This document shows positions 56,549 through 64,000 of a DNA stretch of 64,000 bases, one piece after another. How positions within the stretch are numbered: position 1 is the stretch's first letter; each line of letters starts with the position of its first letter. A program made the translations under genes and the position numbers. The notes beneath the pieces are model-generated. The model worked only from the letters and a program-made list of their open reading frames with translations, did not search any database and was not told where the DNA came from. The stretch is from Bacteroidaceae bacterium (GTDB lineage Bacteria; Bacteroidota; Bacteroidia; Bacteroidales; Bacteroidaceae): positions 47,050 through 111,049 of the forward strand of contig JAGBBX010000024.1 of assembly GCA_017938245.1 (NCBI GenBank), given 5' to 3'.

Positions 56549-56606
56549 TGTAACCCCACTTTTTGAAAAATGTAACCCCACTTTGTAACCCCACCTGTAA
56601 CCCCAC
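56549..56606 (+). repeat. Four direct copies of TGTAACCCCAC
   Basis: Copies at 56549-56559, 56571-56581, 56584-56594 and 56596-56606, inside an ORF-free C-rich tract. Confidence 0.85.
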
Positions 56607-56870
56607 CCCTAAAAATCGGGCATTTTTTGCCCCTCTACCCCACCCCACTCCAGCCGCCATTCAAAGCACGTTCGAACCCCATTCCAACAGAGCCAGCACA
56701 AAGCCCATAAAAGCCCCAAATACGCGCTCAAACCGCTTCACACAAGGGTTTTACCGTCTGCACACAAAAAAAGGCCGCAGGTGCAAACCCACAGCCTCAT
56801 AGATGTAAACCAGACGCAAACCTGCGCCTCCGTTTATGCCGTCAAAATTAAACCGAAATTAAACCAATGT

Positions 56871-56985
56871 AAACGCTTCGTTTTGTGCCTCTCAACAGAG
56901 CAAACCAACCTAACCAACTGAAACACAAAGCAATTAACCCTCAAAAGGCTCTACCCTACATTATACACTTCGTTCTGTGCCCCGT
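56871..56985. promoter_or_regulatory. Repressor-proximal prophage end: TTCGTT-core repeats (putative transposase binding sites)
   Basis: Cores at 56877-56882 (AAACGCTTCGTTTTGTGCC) and 56969-56974 (ACACTTCGTTCTGTGCC). An inverted copy lies at 56331-56336. Confidence 0.55.
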
Positions 56986-57168
56986 ATTTTAGACTCCTAT
57001 TTTTAACAAAAACAAAAATTAGACAGTTTTTAACAAAATTACGTTTAAATATTAACAGTGAGCAAGTTAAGTATAATATACAAGTATATTACAATATTTA
57101 AATAGCGGCTTTTCACACTAATTAAAGAAAAATTTCTTTAATTATTTGAGAGTTTAAGTAAAAAGATA

Positions 57169-57176
57169 TATCTTTG
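57169..57176 (+). promoter_or_regulatory. -7 box TATCTTTG for pckA (about 200-nt leader)
   Basis: Exact TAnnTTTG match. The ATG is at 57380. Confidence 0.5.
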
Positions 57177-57379
57177 CATTCGGAAAACTTCGGCAACTTC
57201 AAAGGGGCATCCTTTTAATTGTCAGAGGGAGCATTTATCAAAAGTCAAAGGAGGGTATCTTTCGAACCTGCGAACAGGCTTCTTTCTAACTTTCAAAGGA
57301 GTATCCATTTTAGTGTTGCATCAAGTTTTTCCTTGTGACTAAAAATTGAATTTATTAACCAATAATTTTTTATTTAATT

Positions 57380-58984
57380 ATGGCAACAATAGATCTTACC
57401 AAGTATGGTATTACCGGCGCAACAGAGGTAGTTTACAACCCCTCTTACGAGCAGCTTTTTGCTGAGGAGACAAAGCCGGGTCTCGAAGGTTATGAGGTTG
57501 GTCAGGAGACTGAGCTCGGTGCAGTGAACGTAATGACAGGTGTTTACACCGGCCGTTCACCCAAAGACAAATTCATCGTTAAGGATGCAACATCTGAGAA
57601 CACTGTATGGTGGACATCTGAGGAGTACAAGAACGACAACAAGCCCGTTACAACCGAGACTTGGAATGTTCTTAAAGATATTGCAACAAAGGAGCTCTCG
57701 AACAAGAGACTTTTCGTTGTTGACGCTTTCTGCGGTGCTAACGCAGCTACACGTCTGAAGGTACGTTTCATTATGGAGGTTGCTTGGCAGGCTCACTTCG
57801 TTAAGAATATGTTCATCCGTCCCACAGAGGAGGAGTTGGCATCATTCGGCGAGCCCGACTTCGTAGTTTACAACGCATCTAAGGCTACTGTTCCCAACTA
57901 TGCAGAGCTTGGTCTTAACTCTGAGACAGCAGTTGTATTCAACCTCACAACACGTGAGCAGGTTATCCTCAACACCTGGTACGGTGGTGAGATGAAGAAG
58001 GGTATGTTCTCTATGATGAACTACTACCTCCCCCTCCAGGGCATCGCTTCAATGCACTGCTCGGCTAACACAAATGAGAAGGGCGAGACAGCTATCTTCT
58101 TCGGTCTCTCAGGTACAGGAAAGACTACTCTTTCTACCGACCCCAAGCGTATGCTTATCGGTGACGACGAGCACGGCTGGGACGACGACTGCGTATTCAA
58201 CTTCGAGGGTGGTTGCTATGCAAAGGTTATCAACCTCGACAAGGAGAGCGAGCCCGATATCTACAATGCTATCCGTCGCGACGCACTTTTGGAGAACGTA
58301 ACAGTTGACGCTGAGGGCAAGATTAACTTCGCCGACAAGAGCGTAACCGAGAACACTCGTGTATCTTACCCCATCAACCACATTAACAACATCGTTAAGC
58401 CCGTTTCTAAGGCTCCCGCTGCCAAGAAGGTTATCTTCCTCTCGGCCGATGCATTTGGTGTACTTCCTCCCGTATCAATCCTCTCACCCGAGCAGACACA
58501 GTACTACTTCCTCAGCGGCTTCACCGCTAAGTTGGCAGGTACAGAGCGCGGTATCACAGAGCCCACTCCTACATTCTCGGCTTGCTTCGGTGCTGCATTC
58601 CTGAGCTTGCACCCCACAAAGTATGGTGAGGAGCTCGTTAAGAAGATGGAGGCTAACGGCGCTAAGGCTTACCTCGTGAACACTGGTTGGAACGGTACAG
58701 GCAAGCGTATCTCTATCAAGGATACACGTGGTATCATCGACGCTATCCTCGATGGCTCAATCGACAAGGCTCCTACAAAGACTATTCCTTTCTTCGACTT
58801 TGTAGTACCCACAGAGCTTCCCGGTGTTGACCCCGCTATCCTCGATCCTCGCGATACATACGCCGAGGCCTCTGAGTGGGAGGTTAAGGCTAAGGATCTC
58901 GCAGGTCGCTTCATCAAGAACTTCGCTAAGTACACAGGTAACGAGGCTGGTAAGGCTCTTGTTGCAGCAGGTCCCCAGCTCTAA
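57380..58984 (+). CDS. pckA: Phosphoenolpyruvate carboxykinase (ATP)
   Basis: 534 aa with GRSPKDKF, the kinase-1a loop [11 protein letters not shown], and DDEHGW. Confidence 0.95.
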   Translation: MATIDLTKYGITGATEVVYNPSYEQLFAEETKPGLEGYEVGQETELGAVNVMTGVYTGRSPKDKFIVKDATSENTVWWTSEEYKNDNKPVTTETWNVLKDIATKELSNKRLFVVDAFCGANAATRLKVRFIMEVAWQAHFVKNMFIRPTEEELASFGEPDFVVYNASKATVPNYAELGLNSETAVVFNLTTREQVILNTWYGGEMKKGMFSMMNYYLPLQGIASMHCSANTNEKGETAIFFGLSGTGKTTLSTDPKRMLIGDDEHGWDDDCVFNFEGGCYAKVINLDKESEPDIYNAIRRDALLENVTVDAEGKINFADKSVTENTRVSYPINHINNIVKPVSKAPAAKKVIFLSADAFGVLPPVSILSPEQTQYYFLSGFTAKLAGTERGITEPTPTFSACFGAAFLSLHPTKYGEELVKKMEANGAKAYLVNTGWNGTGKRISIKDTRGIIDAILDGSIDKAPTKTIPFFDFVVPTELPGVDPAILDPRDTYAEASEWEVKAKDLAGRFIKNFAKYTGNEAGKALVAAGPQL

Positions 58985-59014
58985 TTAAGCAATAGTTTAA
59001 ATTAGATAATTCAG

Positions 59015-59046
59015 GCATCGGCTCCTTTTGGAGTCGATGCTTTTTT
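59015..59046 (+). terminator. pckA intrinsic terminator
   Basis: GCATCGGCTCC tttt GGAGTCGATGC followed by T6. Confidence 0.8.
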
Positions 59047-59109
59047 ATACCAAATTTCTTCATCTGATAAATAATAACTACTTTTGCGATAAATTGCGAA
59101 GAACACCGT

Positions 59110-60279
59110 ATGCCAAGCCAAGAGACTAAGAATTTTATTGCAGCACACCGCAACGATGATATACGTTCGCTTGCCCTGCAAGCGAAACGCTACCCCGATG
59201 TTGATATGCGTGAGGCTGTAACGCAAATAGAAGGATGGCAACTTGCCAAAGAGAAACTACCCGAGTGGGCAGCAACGGAGGGATTGCTCTACCCTCCCCG
59301 ACTATCAATGGAGCAGTGCTCGTCGCAGGCTACAGCATTGTACAAAGCAAGAATCGCAAGTGGAAATCAGTTGGCCGATATCACAGGAGGGTTTGGAATT
59401 GATTGCAGCTATCTGGCGCAGAGATTCGAAAAAGCAATATATATCGAACGTAACAAAACACTTTGCGACATTTCACGACATAATTTCGGATTGTTAGGAT
59501 TAGACAAGATAGAGATTATAAATGGGCAGAGCGAAGAGCTATTAGAACAGCTTCCACATTGCAGCTGGATATATGCCGACCCTGCTCGACGCGACAGCAG
59601 CGGCGGAAAGGTGGTTGCTCTTGCCGACTGTGAGCCTAACATTCCACTACTCGAGGAGAGACTTATGAGCAAGTGTGACAAAGCTATGATAAAATGTTCA
59701 CCGATGCTCGATATTACCGCCGCCTGCCGCGAGTTGAAGCACGTCGGTGAGATTCACGTTGTAGCCGTTAATAACGAGTGTAAAGAGTTACTATTTATAC
59801 TATCCAATGAAGCATCACCCTCAATCCCCATTCACTGTATAAACATTCTAAAAGAGGGGTCACAGAGTTTCTGCTGCACGATGGGAGAAAGCTACTGCAC
59901 AGCGTATGCCGAGAGTATCGGAGAATATCTGTACGAACCTAATGCAGCAATACAGAAAGCCGGATGCAACGATGCACTCACACAATCATTCGGAATAGAG
60001 AAACTGCACCCTAACAGTCAGCTTTTCACATCATCGAAACACTTAAAAGAGTTTCCCGGAAGGTCGTTCATAGTTGAGGGAGTAAGCCGCTTCTCGAAAG
60101 GTGAGATTAAAAGTCTGCTTAACGGCATTAAAAAAGCCAATATAACCATACGTAATTTCCCCGACACAGTACAGGGACTGCGTAAACGGCTAAAAATAGG
60201 CGAAGGTGGCGACACATATATATTTGCCACCACCCTCTATAATGGAGAAAAAGTTTTAATAAAATGCCGCAAGCCCTAA
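59110..60279 (+). CDS. Class I SAM-dependent methyltransferase with a THUMP-like C-terminal region
   Basis: 389 aa with the SAM motif ADITGGFGIDC. A TACTTTTG box lies at 59079-59086. Confidence 0.7.
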   Translation: MPSQETKNFIAAHRNDDIRSLALQAKRYPDVDMREAVTQIEGWQLAKEKLPEWAATEGLLYPPRLSMEQCSSQATALYKARIASGNQLADITGGFGIDCSYLAQRFEKAIYIERNKTLCDISRHNFGLLGLDKIEIINGQSEELLEQLPHCSWIYADPARRDSSGGKVVALADCEPNIPLLEERLMSKCDKAMIKCSPMLDITAACRELKHVGEIHVVAVNNECKELLFILSNEASPSIPIHCINILKEGSQSFCCTMGESYCTAYAESIGEYLYEPNAAIQKAGCNDALTQSFGIEKLHPNSQLFTSSKHLKEFPGRSFIVEGVSRFSKGEIKSLLNGIKKANITIRNFPDTVQGLRKRLKIGEGGDTYIFATTLYNGEKVLIKCRKP

Positions 60280-61127
60280 GTTGCGGGAACATAGTTCACA
60301 TTCAGTGTGTAGAAAGTGTTACGCTCGAATGTAAATGCAGGCAGAATGAATTTCATTGAACCGCCATTCGCATCAAAAAGTTCGACACTCCACTCATCAT
60401 CTCCAAACTCCACAGGCAATAGAGCCATAAAGAGTGTCGTGGGCGTTGTATTTAGCGATACACCATTGCAATCGAGGGTTATATTCTTGCCCGTTGTATC
60501 TCCCATCTTATAATTTGCAGTTGTCACATCCACAAGCAGATCTCCTGTCACAGGCTTAACACCGGACGTGAGCACAATACTCGATATTGTAACGTCGACA
60601 GGCGAAGACAAACTGAAACGTATAAAACTACACACATTCTTGAATGTAAAGGATGTTGTACTGACATTTCCCACCTCTGCCACCATTGGAACCCCATTGG
60701 GAATAGAGTTCACTACAGCTTTCTGCCTTGCAGGAAATATTGTACTGACAGTATCATTATCGATAAGTGCTGCCGATTTATTATATGGATACAGCGCCAC
60801 GTTGGTATAGGAGAAGCCTTCATCGTCGGTTGTGCCTCCAATGATAAATTTTCCCTCAACTATAAATTTAGCGCTTCTACCCTTAGGTGTACCATATATA
60901 ACCGCACAGTTCATAATGTCGCCGCCAAGAAAAACGCTCAGCGAATCGTTTGTATCCCAAAATATACTTCTACCATCATTGTCCAGCGTTGTTCGTGTCG
61001 ATGAGGTAAAATCCTCGACCTCGGCATCAATAACATAAGGCACATACGATGGGGTAAATTCCTCGTCGCTACTGCAACCCGTAGCTATAAACGCAACAAG
61101 CGTTAATATAAAACCAACTTTTTTCAT
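60276..61127 (-). CDS. Lipoprotein, fimbrillin-like
   Basis: 283 aa with lipobox FIATGCSS and beta-rich sequence typical of the Bacteroidales fimbrillin family. Confidence 0.65.
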   Translation of the reverse strand: MKKVGFILTLVAFIATGCSSDEEFTPSYVPYVIDAEVEDFTSSTRTTLDNDGRSIFWDTNDSLSVFLGGDIMNCAVIYGTPKGRSAKFIVEGKFIIGGTTDDEGFSYTNVALYPYNKSAALIDNDTVSTIFPARQKAVVNSIPNGVPMVAEVGNVSTTSFTFKNVCSFIRFSLSSPVDVTISSIVLTSGVKPVTGDLLVDVTTANYKMGDTTGKNITLDCNGVSLNTTPTTLFMALLPVEFGDDEWSVELFDANGGSMKFILPAFTFERNTFYTLNVNYVPAT

Positions 61128-61138
61128 AATGACATCTT

Positions 61139-61294
61139 TTAATTATCCCAAATATTGCCCCACGAACTACGGCTGTTCTGCTTACTTGTGGGAATATTGC
61201 CACCATTCTCCAACTGTTCGCTCGAAGCTGCAATCATACTCACACATTCACACTCTACCGTATCTATGGTAGGTTTCAAATACTCTTTTTTCAT
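61139..61294 (-). CDS. Small peptide (51 aa) upstream of the fimbrillin-like gene
   Basis: Starts MKKEYLKPTIDTVECECVSMIAASS and ends SSWGNIWDN. The ORF-track upstream extension is unlikely. Confidence 0.45.
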   Translation of the reverse strand: MKKEYLKPTIDTVECECVSMIAASSEQLENGGNIPTSKQNSRSSWGNIWDN

Positions 61295-61413
61295 ACTCGC
61301 TATTTTCTCTTTTAGTTGTTTATACAAGAAATATAACAAACATAAAAGAAAAAAGTTCCACCCACAGACTTTACTGTGAGTGGAACATATATGGTATGAA
61401 CCGCTTTACAATG

Positions 61414-63027
61414 TTACTTCTTACGTTTTTTCAACAGAACAGCATCGATATTACGTTCCTGAAGTAATTCATACGCCTTTAAGAAGTTATCATCCTTGGT
61501 ATTGATTATCTGCATATACTCGCTCATATCCCAAAGGTCGCGGGCCAGCAACGCCTTCATCTGTAGCGAGAGCATAGGAATAGAACGCTGATACTCCTCG
61601 TCGCCACCTTCGAGTTTTACACTGTCGCGCTCGGCCATACTGCGCAGACGTCCGAGAAGAGCCTCATCGACCACAAAATCCTTAACAAATTTCTGCATAG
61701 TAGGATAGTTCTTCTGTAGAGTCTCGCGATTATCATCGAGGTAGCGCAATGTAGTCTGTAACATTGTTCCCCGACGCACAATATCTCGATGATACTTTGT
61801 ATATTTATTTGTATCGAGCGGAACAAAATAGTCGGGCATAATACCTCCACCACCATAGACCGTGCGTCCCAGGCGTTTTGTTGTCATTTTTAGAGAATCG
61901 GGGAAGTGAATACTATCGGCAGTAACCAGTTCGCCGCGGTTGTATCGTTCCATAAGGTCGTTACCATAGCTTATAGAGTCACCATAAGGCTTTTGTATAT
62001 TGCGTCCCGACGGTGTATAATAACGTGCTATGGTCAATCGTATCATAGCACCATCGGGCAGATTAAATGCTCGTTGCACCAATCCCTTTCCGAATGAGCG
62101 ACGACCTACTACAACGCCTCTATCCCAATCCTGTATGGCGCCTGCGAGAATCTCCGATGCCGATGCCGATGTCTCGTCTATAATCACCGCAACCTTTCCA
62201 TCGACGAAACGTCCTCCGCCCTCGGCAAGGTATTCGTAGCGTGGAAATACCCGGCCCTCGGTATATACCACCAACTGACCTCGTTCAAGGAACTCGTTTG
62301 CAATATCTACTGCAGCCTGCAAGAATCCACCGCCATTCCCCTGCAGGTCGAGGATAAGATTCTTCATTCCTCTTTTCTTCAACGAATCGAGTTTCGTTAC
62401 AAATTCGTGATGCGTGGTAGCTGCAAAAGAGTTTATATGTATATAACCGACCTTTTTATCTACCATATATGCAGCATCGACACTATAGGTATTTATCTTG
62501 TCACGAATAAGGTTAAAGAGAATAGGAGCCGATAGTCCGCGACGCATCACCTCTAACTTAACCGAAGAGCCTTTCGGACCACGCAGACGTTTCATAATCT
62601 CTCCTCTATCCATCTTAACACCTGCTATTGCAGTATCGTTGACAGTAACTATTCTGTCACCGGCCAGGATACCGGCCTTCTCTGATGGACCATTCAATGT
62701 TGTCTGAATAACAAAAAGGGTATCATCAACAATATTAAACTGTATTCCTATACCCTCGAAGTTTCCGCGCATAGCCTCATTAATACTCTTCACCTCGTCG
62801 GGTGTAGAGTAGGTAGAGTGAGGATCAAGTTCTTTTAGCATTGCCTTTATTCCCGCCTCTACAATCTTCGGTTCGTCTACTTCATCGACATAATAGCGAG
62901 TTATCATACTCTCGGAGAGGAGCAGTTTGGTCAACTGCTCGGGGAGCCCCTGTCCCTGCTCTTGCGCTCTTACAACTGTAAATGGCAGCAGTAACAGAGC
63001 GAGCATATATACTATCGTTTTTCTCAT
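61414..63027 (-). CDS. S41 family C-terminal processing peptidase
   Basis: 537 aa with a signal peptide, a PDZ-like region, and the S41 core (DLQGNGGG, ETSASASEI). Confidence 0.92.
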   Translation of the reverse strand: MRKTIVYMLALLLLPFTVVRAQEQGQGLPEQLTKLLLSESMITRYYVDEVDEPKIVEAGIKAMLKELDPHSTYSTPDEVKSINEAMRGNFEGIGIQFNIVDDTLFVIQTTLNGPSEKAGILAGDRIVTVNDTAIAGVKMDRGEIMKRLRGPKGSSVKLEVMRRGLSAPILFNLIRDKINTYSVDAAYMVDKKVGYIHINSFAATTHHEFVTKLDSLKKRGMKNLILDLQGNGGGFLQAAVDIANEFLERGQLVVYTEGRVFPRYEYLAEGGGRFVDGKVAVIIDETSASASEILAGAIQDWDRGVVVGRRSFGKGLVQRAFNLPDGAMIRLTIARYYTPSGRNIQKPYGDSISYGNDLMERYNRGELVTADSIHFPDSLKMTTKRLGRTVYGGGGIMPDYFVPLDTNKYTKYHRDIVRRGTMLQTTLRYLDDNRETLQKNYPTMQKFVKDFVVDEALLGRLRSMAERDSVKLEGGDEEYQRSIPMLSLQMKALLARDLWDMSEYMQIINTKDDNFLKAYELLQERNIDAVLLKKRKK

Positions 63028-63060
63028 CTTTTATACTATTTCTTAAAAATTATATCTGTT

Positions 63061-63510
63061 TTATGGTAACATATCACTCACATCCTTGCCGTAGTTCATT
63101 AGCTCGCGTACCACACTGCTGCTTATCGAGGCATACTGCGGTTCACTTATCAGAAGAACCGTTTCTATACCGCTTATTTGTCGGTTCACATCGGCAAGTT
63201 CGCGTTCATACTCAAAGTCCTTTACACTGCGTACACCGCGCAACAGGCAGTCGACACCCACCTCTTTTGCAAAGTGAACAGTGAGTCCATCGTATGCCAC
63301 AGCCTCGACGCGCGGTTCGTCGGCATACAATCGACGAAGAACCTCTACCCTCTCGTCTGTACTATACTTAGCCCGCTTGTCCGAGTTACGTCCCACAGCT
63401 ATTATAACACGAGAAAACAGTTGCAAGGCACGCTGTACTATGCGATGGTGCCCAATGGTAAAGGGGTCGAACGTGCCGGCAAAGAGCACACACTTTCCAT
63501 TATTCATCAT
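63061..63510 (-). CDS. coaD: Pantetheine-phosphate adenylyltransferase
   Basis: 149 aa with [10 protein letters not shown] and ISSSVVRE motifs. Confidence 0.93.
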   Translation of the reverse strand: MMNNGKCVLFAGTFDPFTIGHHRIVQRALQLFSRVIIAVGRNSDKRAKYSTDERVEVLRRLYADEPRVEAVAYDGLTVHFAKEVGVDCLLRGVRSVKDFEYERELADVNRQISGIETVLLISEPQYASISSSVVRELMNYGKDVSDMLP

Positions 63511-64000
63511 TAGCCTTATCCTCCTCTACAACAAGATTATCGATAATAAAATTCTGACGTTCCATTGTGTTCTTACCCATATAATAGCTGAGAAGGTCGT
63601 CGACTTTATCGTCCTTGTGCATTGTGACACGCTCGAGACGCATATCCTCTCCTATAAAAGTGCGGAACTCATCGGGAGAAATCTCTCCAAGACCTTTGAA
63701 TCGGGTAATCTCGGGATTTGGCGAGAGTTTCTCTATTGCCGCAATACGCTCCTCCTCGGTGTAGCAATATATAGTCTCAAAATCGCCTTTTCCTTTTTGC
63801 TCTGCCTTTTTTCCTCGCACATTCTTGCGTTTATTGCGCACGCGGAAAAGCGGTGTCTGTAGAATATATACGTGACCTTTCTTTATGAGTTCGGGGAAGA
63901 ACTGCAAGAAGAATGTTATCAGCAGCAGGCGAATGTGCATACCATCGACATCGGCATCGGTTGCAACAATTACTTTATTGTAACGTAATCCTTCGAGACC
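63500..64000 (-). CDS. Type IIA topoisomerase subunit B (GyrB/ParE), C-terminal part, truncated by the window edge
   Basis: [11 protein letters not shown]...[11 protein letters not shown] is the Toprim/C-terminal region. The ORF is open to the window end. Confidence 0.85.
   Translation of the reverse strand, partial: GLEGLRYNKVIVATDADVDGMHIRLLLITFFLQFFPELIKKGHVYILQTPLFRVRNKRKNVRGKKAEQKGKGDFETIYCYTEEERIAAIEKLSPNPEITRFKGLGEISPDEFRTFIGEDMRLERVTMHKDDKVDDLLSYYMGKNTMERQNFIIDNLVVEEDKANDE

Larger units (their letters stand above)
17399..56985. mobile_element. Mu-like transposable siphovirus prophage (about 39.6 kb), shown reversed relative to Mu convention
   Basis: A contiguous phage gene block lies between host upp and pckA. 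It carries a DDE transposase plus MuB-like ATPase and I see no tyrosine or serine integrase. TTCGTT-core repeats occur at both ends in inverted orientation. The exact termini and target-site duplication were not resolved. Confidence 0.85.

Noticed and set aside
56549-56606. Possible CRISPR array suggested by the repeated TGTAACCCCAC.
   Set aside because: The repeats are only 11 nt long with 1-11-nt gaps between copies (12-22-nt period) and there are no cas genes. This is far too short for CRISPR. They were kept as a direct-repeat or iteron-like feature.
56436-56802. ORFs at 56436-56660 (-, Gly-rich 74 aa) and 56563-56802 (+, Pro/Thr-rich 79 aa) in the C-rich tract.
   Set aside because: Their composition is a direct consequence of the C-rich/G-rich strand bias. 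There is no start context or family resemblance.

Overview
The window is a Bacteroidales-type chromosomal segment. This is supported by TAnnTTTG -7 promoter boxes, lipoprotein-rich gene content, and housekeeping genes asd, rsgA, frr, rplS, upp, pckA and coaD. A roughly 39.6-kb Mu-like transposable siphovirus prophage sits between upp and pckA, at about 17.4-57.0 kb.

The prophage encodes:
- a CI-type repressor divergent from an early operon that includes a DDE transposase and a MuB-like ATPase;
- DUF3164 and GemA-like proteins, plus Mu G-like, DUF1320, DUF935-portal and MuF morphogenesis genes;
- terminase, an HK97-type protease and capsid, a lysis cassette, and tail genes.

The most notable system is a diversity-generating retroelement (DGR). 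A template repeat (about 43073-43195, +) lies just upstream of a reverse transcriptase (43387-44688). Its variable-repeat partner (about 17644-17766, -) forms the C-terminal codons of a 2288-aa multidomain tail fibre about 25 kb away on the other strand. Every TR/VR mismatch I could align by hand falls on a TR adenine.

Aspects of the DGR that look unusual:
- I can see no Avd-like gene near it.
- The RT carries a roughly 110-aa C-terminal extension.
- The target combines LamG-like, CotH-like, LRR-like and C-type-lectin-like regions.

Other points of interest:
- a short ThyA-like enzyme plus a Dam-like methyltransferase under its own host-type promoter;
- a DUF4406-like/Zn-ribbon fusion in the early region;
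- a MuF protein with a PD-(D/E)xK-like C-terminal domain;
- an A9 slippery site for a tail-chaperone -1 frameshift;
- a u-spanin-like lipoprotein;
- two candidate antisense small RNAs;
- a roughly 500-bp C-rich, ORF-free tract with four TGTAACCCCAC repeats at the repressor-proximal prophage end;
- repeated TTCGTT-core sites at both prophage ends.

All coordinates were counted by hand and may be off by a few nt. All family assignments come from motif recognition, not database searches.
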